This document shows, piece after piece, positions 1 through 13,344 of a stretch of 64,000 nucleotides of DNA. The number at the start of each line of letters is the position of its first letter. Positions within the stretch are counted from its first letter, which is position 1. Made by a program: the position numbers and the translations under genes. A model generated the notes under the pieces. That model was not told the DNA's origin. It did not search any database and saw only the letters and a program-made list of their open reading frames with translations. Source of the DNA: the human T2T-CHM13v2.0 reference genome, Homo sapiens; the NCBI RefSeq assembly GCF_009914755.1, contig NC_060928.1; one strand, 5' to 3'.

Positions 1-1149
1 ACAAATGGGATTTTCTCTGAAAGCTACCTGGGTTTTTTTACAGTATCTGAGCCTTATTCTCTTGATGCGTTAAAACGAATTCATAGTGAGCAATGGGTAT
101 TCAATCAAGAGAAAACAATTCACTGAACTCTGAACACAGCTGGGACTCCTCAAAGCTAGCACCCCTTATAGAGTGTTCTGAGATTTTATATTCATATCTA
201 TGCCTAACTGAAGCAGAATGGATGAGTTCTGGCCCTTGCTGGCAGCCTGACAATGGCTCTGTATCTCTAATATATCTTCACATACATATTGTACCAAACA
301 GAAAACTCCTTATATAAATAGTCCCATAAGAAAGTCATTTATAACATAATCATAAATATACGAACTTCAGATACATAACTTCATCTACATGATGCTCCAT
401 ATGCAATCCTATGGATCAATCATCATTTTCCAATTCTCATGGCCAGCCTGTTTACCCTACCCCAAGAAAATATCATACCCACACCCCAATTCAATTGACC
501 TACAGCTTAGAAATTGCTATTTGCCTTCAGTTAGGCACCAAATCTACTAAAAGTGCAATGCTAGACCTTATACTTTGCTTTCTCCTTAGTTTGTATTGGG
601 CAGTTGATTCTGATATTCAGCCTTCACTCTAATCATATCCTTGGGCCAAAGACTAGTATGGCAGAAGATAAAAGAGTTATCTGTGTTCAAACCACAGAAA
701 GCTATTGAGCATGGTCTGGAATATGTGCTGTTATTAAGGCAAAGTCTTAATGCATAAACTGATAAATGTGAGAGATGTGAGAAAGAAGATAGTATCACCC
801 ACTGGCTCAGACATAAACCGTTAGGGTTTTCATTCTGTCTTTTCAATGTCTTTTCATTCCAATAACTTGTTGAGCTCAAGAAACTCAGGTGCTAAGTTCT
901 ATCATATGCTTTCCCTTTTGGCTTCTCATATATAAACAATGGAAAGATATTTTATAACCAAGTGAATAAACATAGGTGACAACAATTTGAAACAAAGAAG
1001 TAATTAAAAAAGAGCTGTAGAATTTGACTCAAACAACCCAGATTAAAGAATATTACTCAATAAAAATTAAGCATTGTAAACTCAAGACTCAGTTTCCTGG
1101 ACACAGGATAGAAGTTAACTAAATGTTTTCTTTCTTCATTTAATAGCAC

Positions 1150-1485
1150 ATTCTCTTTGTATCTCTCTATTCAAATTCTCCTCTTACAAAGACAGCAGTC
1201 ATATTGAATTTAGGGTCAACTTGAACCAACTATAATGTCACATTAACCTAATTACATCTACAAAGACCTTATTTATTTTTCTTTTTTTTCTTTGTGAGAT
1301 GGGATCTCACTCTGTCACCCAGGTTGGAGTGCAGTGGCTCGATCTCAGCTCCCTGCAAACTCCGCCTCCTGGGCTCAAGTGATCCTTTCACCTCAGCCTC
1401 CTGAGTAGACCTTATTTCTATGTAATATCATATTCATAGGTTCTGGGAAAAGGTAAGTTTTGCAGGATACTGTTCAATTGACTAT
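1150..1485 (-). mobile_element. MaLR MLT1-type LTR fragment, interrupted by a truncated Alu
   Basis: MLT1-like motifs 'cttacaaagacagcagtcatattgaatttaggg', 'taattacatctacaaagaccttattt' and 'atattcataggttctggga'. The sequence resumes after the Alu. Confidence 0.7.
1275..1406 (-). mobile_element. 5'-truncated Alu (AluJ/monomer-type right arm)
   Basis: T-rich tail, then 'gagatgggatctcactctgtcacccaggttggagtgcagtgg...cctcagcctcctgagtag'. Flanked by the direct repeat agaccttattt (1264-1274 and 1407-1417), a TSD. Confidence 0.9.
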
Positions 1486-1956
1486 AAGTGTCATATAAAA
1501 CCTTGTGAGCTTTTAGAAATTCAAGTGACCCCTTTTAACGTTGTGAATAACTCTTGTACCTCCTACACAGGCAGAGGTTTAAGGGGTAGACATTTTCCAT
1601 ACTTGGCACAATTTCTCTGGATTGATAGAACTACCACAGTGTAATTCTTTTAATCTGTCATCAAAATTAGCACAAGCAGATGGGTGCACTTTCACAAGGC
1701 TTCATGAGAAGGTAAAATGACTGATAGCCCATGGTGGTTGAAAGTACTTATGTAAGAAATACCCTCTAAAAGCTTAAAGAAAGACTTAAGAAGATGCTGG
1801 GAGAAAGGAAAGTGTGGGGAAGGGGCTACATGTCCATCAATAGAAGGGGGACAGAGTATCGTGATAAAAGAAAAATATATATTCCATAAGATGAAAAACA
1901 TAGTCCCAAAGATGAAGTGAACCCATTCCTCCTAAGTCTTCATTTTATAACTGAAA

Positions 1957-1958
<2 letters not shown>

Positions 1959-2004
<46 letters not shown>

Positions 2005-2010
2005 ACACAC
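1959..2010. repeat. (CA)n microsatellite
   Basis: Directly visible run of about 26 units with two CG interruptions. Confidence 0.98.
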
Positions 2011-2290
2011 AAACCCTGGACATAATGCAACAAACAGAACTACTCTGAAAGATGAAAAGAAGAAAGTGCATTGCCTAGGGTTCTCCATACTTACTTGAAG
2101 AACAAAATGGTAGTGAATTCCTTGGATTTCTTTATCCTCTCATATATGCCAGAAAGGGAGCTCTAGCAGCCTTAAATCCAGAATTGTCAACCAGCACAGA
2201 CAAATAAATGGTTTAAATAAAGCCTGTTCCCCATAGACAAAGGACCTGGAAAAGAGTGCCTTCCCAATACAAAACCACCATCATCTTGTG
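2011..2290 (+). mobile_element. Ancient L1 (L1M-type) 5' region fragment
   Basis: 'gaagaacaaaatggtagtgaattccttggatttctttatcctctcatatatgccaga...cacagacaaataaa' resembles recalled L1MC/MD 5' UTR consensus. Confidence 0.5.
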
Positions 2291-3415
2291 AATAAAAATT
2301 ATTTTAGACCAATTTTTTTTGTGACAAAGTTAAAAGTCATATCTATCAAAACAAATGTAATATATGTCATTTACCTGTCCTGCATGGAGGCTTTTACATA
2401 TCTGTATGTGTATCAGACTCAGCTGGAGGTAAATTTTTGCAGTTTATCTGCATGTTGGTGGTGGTTGAAAGCTTGATTGGAAACAAAATCTCCAGAAGAC
2501 ACTAGGCTTTCTTTCATAAAAGGAAAATCCAAGCAAAATGCAACATTTTAAGGACAAGCAAATGAAGAAAGGAAGCTTGCAAAAGAGATTTTTTGCAAAA
2601 GGCGTAAGTCTACGATGACAAGAAATACCCTAAAAGGATTGTGGAAGCCTAATATTCACTTAAGTGGTAGTTTATAAAATCTCATTGAATTGTACTGGGC
2701 TTTAAATATTAGAGCTGCTAGGTAAGCATTGTCAGCCAAGACAATAATTAGTCATCTATTTGAGGACTAACTGAAGTATTTTTTTTGAGAAATGCAGCCA
2801 TGAAAAAATAAGAAAAATATAAAAGCATCACACATCTTCTAGAAGAAAAATTGAAGGAACCATATGACGGTTCATGTTTTATGGAGCAGGCACAATATAT
2901 TTCTTACACAAGAGAAATAAATGACTAATTGTAGCTTATTTCAGGATCAATATTTGTGACTCAAAACCAAACAAAAAACTTGTGTACATCATACTTTTTT
3001 CTGAACTAGCTCACATTCTTATCATAAAAAAAATAATAACATTAAAAGAAGCTTCATGTATTTGCCTGTAAAAGATACATGCAAATTCTTATAGTGGGAC
3101 TATGAAGTGTTATATTTAAGTTTTACCAAGCCTAATAGTCTTAAAAAATGCCACTTAAAATACATTAAAATTGCATGTAAACTCCCTTTGGGCATATTTA
3201 ACAGAAAGTGTTAAATCTCGGATGTGAGCGCTTTAAAACTATTTTTCACACTTTATTCGGTACCTTATTTCTTACTCTGCTAAACTGTTAACAAATAGCT
3301 ATGATACTCATTTCAAGAGTAACTTTAGAAGCTGGTTGTTTTTTATTTATCTCTTTGAATATACCCCAGAGCTTAGAAAATATATTTTCCTCAGCAGAAC
3401 AATCCCTTTTGTTAG

Positions 3416-3713
<298 letters not shown>

Positions 3714-4107
3714 GCCTTTTGGTAGGTTTTGATCAGAGAAACAGTGAAAGGTCTTTCCACTCATCAAGAAGAGTGCATAAACTCCTTACCAAGGGAGTCT
3801 CCTGCCTGACGTGGGCATGATCTCCAACAATAAAGCTGAAATGCACAAATAGAGGATAAATAGTGCTCTATTAGTTCTAGAGCAAAAATACTTTTATTTA
3901 AATGCAAGGATTATGTAGCTTCCTGGCTAAATTCTTTGATCATATAAAGGTTCATACAGAAAGATTTATTGAGAAGAGGCAGGAATAGTCAAGAGTGTGG
4001 AAAACTAGGGATATGAGAATAGAAATCTAAAATTCCAAGAGAAGTTGTATGTGTGTGGCTGGAGTACAGGGGCATAAAATGGCATTCAAATAGTTAGGAA
4101 GAGCAAG

Positions 4108-4656
4108 TGTATTAGTCAGGGTTCTCTAGAGGGACAGAACTGATAGGATAGACGTATATATAAAGGGGAGTTTATTAAGGAGTATCGACTCACATCTTCA
4201 CAAGGCGAAGTCCCACAATAGGCCGTCTGCAAGCTGAGGAGCAAGAAATCCAGTCACAGACCCAAAACCTAAAAAGTAGGGAAGCCAAGAGTGCAGCCTT
4301 CTCTCTGTGGCCAAAGGCCCAAGAGCTTCTGGCAAGCCACTGGTTTAAGTCCAAGAATCCAAAAGCTGAAGAACTTGAAGTCCAATGTTTGAGGGAAGGA
4401 AGCACCCAGCATGGGAGAAAGATGAAGATTGGAAGACTCAGCAAGTCTGCTCCTTCCAAATTTTCCTGCCTGCTTTATTCTAGCCCTACTGGCAGCTGAT
4501 CAGGTGGTGCCCACCCCGATTGAGGGTGGGTCTGCCTTTCCTAGTCCACTGACTCAAATGTTAATCTTCTTTGGCAACACCCTCACAGACACACCCAGGA
4601 ACAATACTTTGAATCCGTCAATCAGATCAAGTTGACACTCAATATTAATCATCACA
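4108..4656 (-). mobile_element. ERVL solo LTR, MLT2A (MLT2A2-like)
   Basis: Begins 'tgtattagtcagggttctctagagggacagaact' and ends 'aagttgacactcaatattaatcatcaca'. TG...CA ends, 549 bp long, near-TSD gcaag/gaaag. Confidence 0.9.
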
Positions 4657-4853
4657 GAAAGAGAAACTAAAGTTTGGGGATAGAGGTAATGCTTCTTTCC
4701 CATTCCTGAAATGTCCTTCCATATAGGGTTTTTCATCCAATGTCTTCAAAGTTTTTATTTTTCTTTACCAATTTGCTCACTGCTGCCACTGCCTAGCAGG
4801 AAAAAATTGACAATACATGTGAGTTAGAAAGAACCATAACATGGGACATATGA

Positions 4854-5193
<340 letters not shown>

Positions 5194-5243
5194 CAAACCT
5201 CACCTCTTTATCTTTCTTTTTCTTTTGAGGGAATGTCATCTGC

Positions 5244-5652
5244 TGTGGCAGCCCAAAGAGGCAGGATGGACCCCTATATAAAATCTGGTTTGAATGTTGA
5301 AATTTATAAAATCATACACACATACTCCAACAGGGCATGAAAAAGATTGTTACTGACATGATGAGGCTTTCTGTGGAGATCAGGGTAACCCCCTAAGTAA
5401 TTCATTAAGTTGCCTGAGGGAGCCAGGCTGAGTGAATGGCTTTGGCTTTTGTTGTATTCAGGGGTGGGCTTGGGTGAGACTTCCTGTGTACACGCACAAG
5501 CCAGAGCAGGCATGGTCTTACCAGTGCCAAAGGATAGAGCATCTGAGCTTTGTCATAGGCTTTCCCAGATTTGGAACAAGAGTGGAAGAGGAATGGGTGG
5601 AACTTAAAAGCGGTTAGCCATCATCGAAAATGAAGTCAGACTTCTTATCACA
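5244..5652 (-). mobile_element. ERV solo LTR, LTR47-like
   Basis: The minus strand starts 'tgtgataagaagtctgacttcattttcg...cttttaagttccaccc', like recalled LTR47-type consensus. TG...CA termini, about 410 bp. Confidence 0.55.
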
Positions 5653-6549
5653 TTGCCACACGGGTATGTGCTTCCAACTTCTCCTTCGTATCATAATCTC
5701 ACAGGGGTTAGTCTTGCAGGCGAGAAACCCTGTCCTGGTCCAGTATTGCTTGCAAACTGGATTGGTAAAGTTTGTTTAATTATGCATTCAAGATAATTGC
5801 CTACAAAAATAGTTGAAATTATTTAACCTGTTCTTTGTCAGTTGAGAACTTCTTTGTCTTATTTCTTGAATGGTTTATATTTTGAACATGGGAGAAGATG
5901 CTACATATTGCCTGTAGCCTCCTCCCCTTCAGAAATAATAAAATAGAAATAACCTAACCATAAGAAATGTTGTAAAGACATGATCAAAAAAATTTCAAAT
6001 TCTAATTTTTTAGTGTATATTTTAAATTGAATCTTTCAAGTATCTTTGCATGTGATACTAAATTAGGAAATGTGAAAGAAATATTCCACAAAACAGATCT
6101 TAATAGATACTCATTTCCTATTTCTTGGGCAATTGTAGACTTGAAGATTTTAATTTTCAGAATTAAGTAACAATATTTCTGACAAAAAGGTAAATACCAC
6201 ATTTGTCACTAGTTGGCTTGATTAGGGTATAGGGATGACATTCATTTAATGTGTTTTATCCCTTATAAGATCCAGAGGACAGTGATTCTGTTGGTCAAAA
6301 CCACATTTCCTGTACCTGATGTAGTTTTGGATACATAGTAGGTGTCTAATAAACTTTGTTAAATTAAATTAGATTACAATTAAGAAACATGAATTAAACA
6401 TATTTTTATACTCCTGTGAGTGGAGAATCTGTAAAATGTATGTCTTTTAAAATTGTATTTATTTTATCCATCATTAATCAAGAATTATTTTATCAGTGTA
6501 TAAATATATTATATTACAGTGTTTTTATATTACAAAGTGATTAACTACT

Positions 6550-7151
6550 ATATTAGTTTTCTATTGCTCAGTAACAAATTATTATGCATATAAGGGCTTA
6601 ACAACATACATGTATTAACTTATAGTTCTGTGAGTCAGGATTCTGGGCCCTGATTAATTAGCTTCTATGCAAAAAGTTTGAAGAGGAAGAGATTATATAT
6701 GTTATTAGGATTCATTCTTTTCCAGAGCTTGGGGTCCTCTTCCAAGCTCATGTGGTTGTTGGCAGAATTTGGTTGTGTGTTATTGTAGGACTAATGTCCC
6801 ATCCTCTTGCTAGTTGTTATTATTTGGGTTCTTCTCTTAGCTCCAAAAGGCCACTCTCAGTTTCATGCCATGTGGCCATCTCAGAAGCCCTCTCACAACA
6901 TGGCAGCTTACTTCTTTGAGACACGTATGAGAATTTCTGCCTATTGTCTGCTAAGACGAAGTCATATAAGGACATATACTGATGGTTGTGACTATCATAT
7001 CACTTCTACCATATAAGGTAATCATCAGTGGGATGGCATCCTATCAAGTCTGCCATATTCTATTCACTGGAAATAAGCCATAGATCATAGGGAAGGGGAT
7101 TATACAAAGATCGTGAGTTACTAGGGTTCATCATAGTATACATTTGCCACA
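6550..7151 (-). mobile_element. MaLR solo LTR, MLT1E/F-like
   Basis: 'tattagttttctattgct...aacaaatt', 'ccaagctcatgtggttgttggcagaatt', 'acaacatggcagcttacttctt' and 'aggggattatacaaag'. Confidence 0.8.
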
Positions 7152-7371
7152 CCTAGGTGAAAAACACGCATTTTCTGAAGAAGAAATTGAATGGCACATA
7201 CTATTATAACTTGTATAAAAAAACTAAAATTATGTATATTTTACTATACAAATATACCAAAAATATACTAGAAGGTAAAAATCCAGTATTCTTTGATATT
7301 AGAAAATAAATATAGCAAATCCACAACTTTTTGTTATTTGTTCAACAGATAGTTCAAAACTAAGAACTGTT

Positions 7372-7899
7372 ATATTACTATTAGGGTTCTCTAGAAAACA
7401 AATAGGATGTGTGTATACATAATATATACACATTTGTAAAATAAGTTACCCATTTAGATTTACATTACTTATATTGATTATATACTGTTATATATTATAT
7501 ATATACTATATATGTATACATATACATATAAATGCAGAGAGAGAGGGATTTATTTGAAAGAATTGCCTCACACAATTGTGGTGACTGGCTAGTCTAAAAT
7601 CTGCAGGGCAGACTAGGAGGCTGGAGTTTCAGGGAAGCGTTGATGTTGCACTGTCCAGTCTGAAGGCAGCCTGGAGACAGAATTTATTTTTCCTCAAGGG
7701 GCCTTTGTCTTTTCTCTTAAGATCTTCAGCTGATTTGAAGGGTTCTATTCCAATTATGCAAGATAATCTACTCAGTCTAATGATTTAAATGTTAATTGCA
7801 TCTAAAAAAAAATACCTTCAGAGCAACATCTAAATCAATGTTTGACCGAAAACGGGATACTATAGTATAGTCAAGTTGACACACAAAATTAACCATCAT
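7372..7899 (-). mobile_element. ERVL solo LTR, MLT2D-like, with internal TA-rich expansion
   Basis: 'ttagggttctctagaaaacaaataggat', 'gtctaaaatctgcagggcag' and end 'gtcaagttgacacacaaaattaaccatcata'. Confidence 0.82.
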
Positions 7900-8635
7900 A
7901 ACTATTATGGAAAGTTCCTCTATCATTTATATTTTCAGTTAGGGTTGCCACTCTTGACTATAATTTCCAGGGCAGCAGCTGAGAAATAGCACTTCTCCAC
8001 CAAGCTGTCTTCATAAATAATAGTTGATGATTTTTTCTAGCTCTTCAATTTCATGCTGACTTTGATGATGATATGCTGATAGAATTATATAATCTCTTAG
8101 TGCTGCAGGAGAGGCTTCTAACTCTCTTCTCTCCAGTTACCAAAGAAGGTGAAAAAAAAAGTTCTACTGTCTAAAACTATGAGCAGATGGTTATAAGGGA
8201 AAGTGCCTAATGTAGATATCTCAAGACTTATTGGCAAAACCAAGCACTTTCCTCATAAAAATGGATCTTTTTCACTGTGACACCAATGACATTGCATTAT
8301 GATATTTCACCATGTGATTGCTTCCATAGAATATTGTCAAGTTGCTATATTCCCTTTTATCAAAGATCTATTTGAAATATAAGATGGGATTCATCATAAA
8401 ATTGCATTATATCAATGCATCAAAAACATATATTATGAATTAGTATATGTAGTAGTATGTAGTATATTTTGATAACTACTAGGTAGTCTCGGCCTTTAAA
8501 TAGTTTATCAACTGACCTAAAATCACCTGTGGTAAGTGCCTCTTATTAATTTCTGAGATTCCTTTCCTAAACTTTTAGTTTTCTATACTTGCTTAGCTAC
8601 AATGAATTTGGACTCCATATCGCTATATACTAGAT

Positions 8636-8684
8636 ACATATATTACATATTATATACATATATATACATATATATATATATATA
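8636..8684. repeat. (TA)n-rich microsatellite
   Basis: Directly visible TATA/TACA run. Confidence 0.9.
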
Positions 8685-9749
8685 CTCAAAACATTATCAT
8701 TAGACTATGCCATTCATTTAGCAAGACTAGTCTTATATGAAAGCATGTAACATTTTGGAATAAAAATAAATCATTCTTTTACTTATCCCAAAGAATCAAC
8801 CATCTATTTTTTATTTGCATTTTGGTAGCAAAAAGACATAGACAATGGGAATAAATCTCAGGGCATGTATAAGACAGAAAGCATGGGAAGAGTGATGTGC
8901 TCTATCTGGAGTTTGGGGAGACAGATTCTGTCATGTCTTCTATGTTAGGGCAAACAACAGGTGAGGGGCCAATGCAGGTGCTTTCACAAATATTCATAAG
9001 CAGTGAAATCAAACGCATGTACAAGCAAAACAGTCCAGGACAGGAGAGAAGGAGAAGGGCTCACACTAGTGTTGACTGTGAGTACCTGAAAATATGAATA
9101 TTACTTCCTTCAGATAATTAGGACTTAATATGCAATAACATGTATTAGGATGGGGGGAGTATATGGGAAAAAAGAACTATAAAAAGACAGCTTTTTACTG
9201 TTAACATTATCCCATTTTTTAAAAAATCCCAGGATTCTACTTTCTGGAAATATGGGTTAAATTAGATTTTTTTAAAAAAAGAAATACATTAACATAAGAT
9301 CTAAACTATCATAATTAATCATGTGTGTACCCTAGGTGTGCTTAATGATTCCTTTTCCCCTCAGAGTCTTTGTTAGACACAGGTGCAATTCCTCACTATT
9401 CTCCATGCATCCTCCATCGACAGCATAATGTAAAATAAGCAGGGGTGAATCTTTGGGAAAAGCAATGAGGAAATCGATCAAGTCACTGAAATATAAATGT
9501 TACCAGATTTTGGACTTTGGGAAAGCACATGTGTATGAGAAAGTACCTATTCAAATCTCAGCTGCTTTTTGAGGTCTTTCCTCTTTCATGTTACTGCTTA
9601 CTAGGGTGTCTGATGCCAGTGTCATGTGTGTTTAGTTATACAAATTCGAGTCTTGGTTTTCTTACCTTTAAAATAGGCTTAGTATTATATGTCTGCTATG
9701 GACATTTGCTGCTGTTGCCTGTGTAAGATGTTTTTATTTCTTTCTCTGG

Positions 9750-10140
9750 TCCCAAACCTCTCTTTCCTTTAGAAAACACATATATTTCTACTGGGAGCAA
9801 CACTGATAAGCACATAACCCAGGTTTGACTGATCATACAACCCTATCATCCTGGCACAGAGATTACTACATGGATAGGTATGTTACACACACTAGTCCAA
9901 GAAATGTCCCACTGGGAGTTTTCTGCCTAAGCTTTAAGACCCTATTACAATGGCAGGATGAAGGTCATGGCCCACCATCATTCCCTTTATTAGAAGAGAG
10001 CCTGTGTAAGAGATTGAAAGAAAAAGAGTTCAAAGATATCACTCGAGCCCTGGATCCAGCAATGCTTGAGGCTAAAGTATCCTTAATTTTTCAGTCACTT
10101 AGACCAACAGATTTATATTTATGCTACCTTGAGCTGTAAT
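9750..10140 (+). mobile_element. Ancient ERVL/MaLR LTR remnant
   Basis: 'gagccctggatccagcaatgcttgaggc' followed by 'ttttcagtcact' is a hallmark of old LTR16/LTR33/MLT1J-L-type LTRs. Confidence 0.5.
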
Positions 10141-11544
10141 ACTATATGAAAAATACTAAGTAATAAAATCTCACACCTTGTTATACTAACAAATGTTTAT
10201 TTAGTGTTACATAAGTAGAAAAACTAAAAAAAGAAAATAGTTTCCTCATACTTAACACAGCTTTAAAAATGAGGTTTATCTTTTAAATTCCCTCATTTAT
10301 GTCTACTAGAGTATTTAGCCCAGTAAGTTAAATGTAATGTACCCCATGCAAAGTTTTTGGCATTCTGATATGAAGGAAATGGTAGCAAAGGAAAGGTTAA
10401 GAAATAATTCATGGTATGTGAGGTGAGGTTCAGTGTGAAAAGAGACATTTTGAAGACAGCATAGCTAGAGAACTTACTGAAGGTGAAACTATACACAACA
10501 ATAAAATGGCAGGTAGTAATAAATGAGGAAAACTGAATAGTAATATTGGCAGAGGGAAGAAAGACAATATAAGGCCACAAGTATGTCAAGAATGCTCAGA
10601 CACATTTGCAATTCAAGAAATTTCAAGATCATACATTAAGTCTAGAGTAGATATATAGTACTATTTCTTGATTCTACTCTTTTATAAGAAGAGTTTAATA
10701 TTAGGTTCAGCATGAAAGCTCTATTTTTAAATGTTCAGAATGTCTTGTTACCCACACAGACCATCTGGCTGTCATCCAAAGCATGTTACACCAAGGGTGA
10801 ATGTGTTAGTTTTCATGTTGGTACATGAATAAAAGCTGTTTGTGTGGAGCAGCGTTAGGCCTGCACCCTCCTGGGTCACATGCTTCACTGTTTCCTGCTG
10901 GAAAATTATTGAGTGAACAAGGTATATTCACAGCCACAAAGAGAGTTCATCAGGCTGTGAAGCATGTTTCATCAGGGGTTTTGCTGGTGTGAGAACAATT
11001 TTCAGAGTCCTAGTATGTGTGAGATGGACAAGTGACTACATCAGAGAGGCTGTGAAAAGGCATGTAAAAGGGAGAAATAAGAACTAAATATATCAGACCC
11101 ACACTTGTCATTTTTTTTCTTTCTTTTGGCAAGGCAGGTGGGGGGAGAAATGTGGATGAGGACACAATGCACTTTTTAAGTGCCGTGTTTCTTGAAATAC
11201 ATCAAAGAGTCTGAGAGAAAGCAGAAAACTCCAAATAGACTTCAAGAGAGTCTTTTTTTTTCTATTAAAAGCATCGGCATCTATAAAGGAAATAGAAGAA
11301 CTGCATTAGACCTAAATGATCTCAGAGAAGTGTCAGAAGAACTGACAGGTAAATGAACCGTCTATCGTTATTTTATTTTATTCTCTTCTTTGAAAAACAA
11401 AAGCAGGGAAATGTCTGACTTTAAGCCCATTTCAGGGGAACCATAATATTATATTCTCCTCCTCTTGCTTATCATGTTGAGTTGGTATCTTTTATGCAAT
11501 CAATTTTATAACTGCAAATCAATAACACAACATACGATTTCATT

Positions 11545-11645
11545 TAACTGATATTCACTGAGGACCTATTGCATCCCAGGGACTGGGCTAGGCTTTGCAT
11601 GGAAGATAAATTACAATAGAGCTCCTGGTCTCAGGGAGCTTAAAG
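11545..11645 (-). mobile_element. L2 3' end fragment
   Basis: 'atattcactgaggacctattgcatcccagggactgggctaggc...gctcctggtctcagggagctta'. Confidence 0.6.
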
Positions 11646-12042
11646 ACAAGTTCTTCTAGATAATCTAGGACATGAAAATATTCAAGAAACATGCTCTGTT
11701 CCAGATGTGCATGTTTAATATTGTTTATTTAGATTACATCATGGAGGGTTAAACTAACAGGTTAGCAAATATTTAATCTTTCAAATGTATTCATTATTTT
11801 AATAAGGCAGTGGATCTGGAAAGTAATTCAGTAGCACAGATATATTTGGAAATATTTTACGTGATCCTAGTCTTTGTGCCAGGAAAGCTGCGAGCATATT
11901 GCCATAGAAAATAAAGCATTTTCCTAAATCTGCTCCTGATCTCTAACTTTATCCTGCCTAAAAGGGAGACATGCATTAGTGCAAGCAGAGAGGAAAAAAA
12001 AAAATTACTGACCTGCTTTCTTTTTACCTGATTCTCTTGTAG

Positions 12043-12143
12043 GTGCTAGTATTAGAAGAATTTAGAACAGCCTTCATTGTCCAGGGCAGGCACTCATTGC
12101 ACAGAGACTCATCATGGTCAGTGTTAGTACCAACACCAGGAAG
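12043..12143 (+). other. Candidate spliced exon (probably non-coding)
   Basis: Branch-point-like tactgac (12006-12012), long pyrimidine tract, acceptor tag|G and donor AAG|gtgagc. No transcript evidence is available. Confidence 0.3.
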
Positions 12144-13344
12144 GTGAGCTGCATACAGCATTTTGATGCAAAATGCTCCAGGGAAATTCTCTGTAGCCAC
12201 TGGTTCTTTCTTCTTGCCTACAGAACACACTGGGATTAGGAGTTTATTTTTCCTACATAAGAATTATGACAAAATAGGCAGATGGTATGAGATTTTTCTC
12301 TTATCCCCAGAACAGCAGAATTTTATGGCCAATATTTTATCTTCTACTGCTGTTCGATACATAGAGTCTTAACAACCTCATGTTATAGTTACTTTCTCTT
12401 TATTTTATTCCCCATACACAAGATGCAATTTATCTGAGGGTAGATACTCTGCCCCTTACTTAACACAACAGAGATAACCAACACTCAACAAGTGTTTGTT
12501 GCATGAATGAGAGCATCGTTGGAATCAGCTTTCTTAAAATATCCTTTATTAGATGCAGGGGAAAATGAAACAATCTACTTTTTTTAAAGTTATATTGGAG
12601 ACATAGATACATCAAATTAGACTTGGTAGGTTACTAGAAAATTTCGAGAGTGCATGTTCCTCTATATGCAATTTTTGTAAAGATTTAAAACTTCAACAAA
12701 TACTGAAAAATGCTTACACGTATGCTAACGTTATGAAAACTCTCTTGCATTTATTTAAGTGATTATGTAGTGAATCTAATAGTAATAACACTTGTGTAGA
12801 ATTTTATCAAGTACAATCTTATTCAATGATATACATGGGTATAGATATGTATGTGTGTGTATGTGTGTATGCATGTAGGCAAAGGATGTGTTGGGTGTCC
12901 TGCCATTCCCTCATCCATTCTCAGAGAGTAAACTTTAAGCATATAGTTTATTTTATCATGGACAAGTCCCCAATGGAAGCAGATGAATCAGATTCTCTCA
13001 TTTGGAAAACGGAAAAGGAAATACAGTAATGCCAGTCAGTCTTCATTGTGGTGCACTTGAAATGGGAACTCATATGTTTGGTTTCCCATGTGTCACCACT
13101 GAGATGGAAAAGATAGGACTCTTTCCTCTGAAGACCATACAAGCCCAGATACATCAATACTGGGGAAGAAGCTGCTTTGTTTCAGAAATGCATTCTGGGT
13201 CTGGACCCTGGACCTTCCTGAAGCCTGGCTTCCTGCTCTTAAATTTCCTGGACACTGTGTGTCCTGACAACAATCAAGATGTTTTCCTTAAGCTAATTTG
13301 AGTGGTCTTCAGTTGTCATACTGCCTTGGTGACAATCTTTCAAT

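Noticed and set aside
2430-2730. Donor-like gtaagt (2604) and gtaagc (2722)
   Set aside because: Upstream acceptors are weak and no coherent exon or ORF results.
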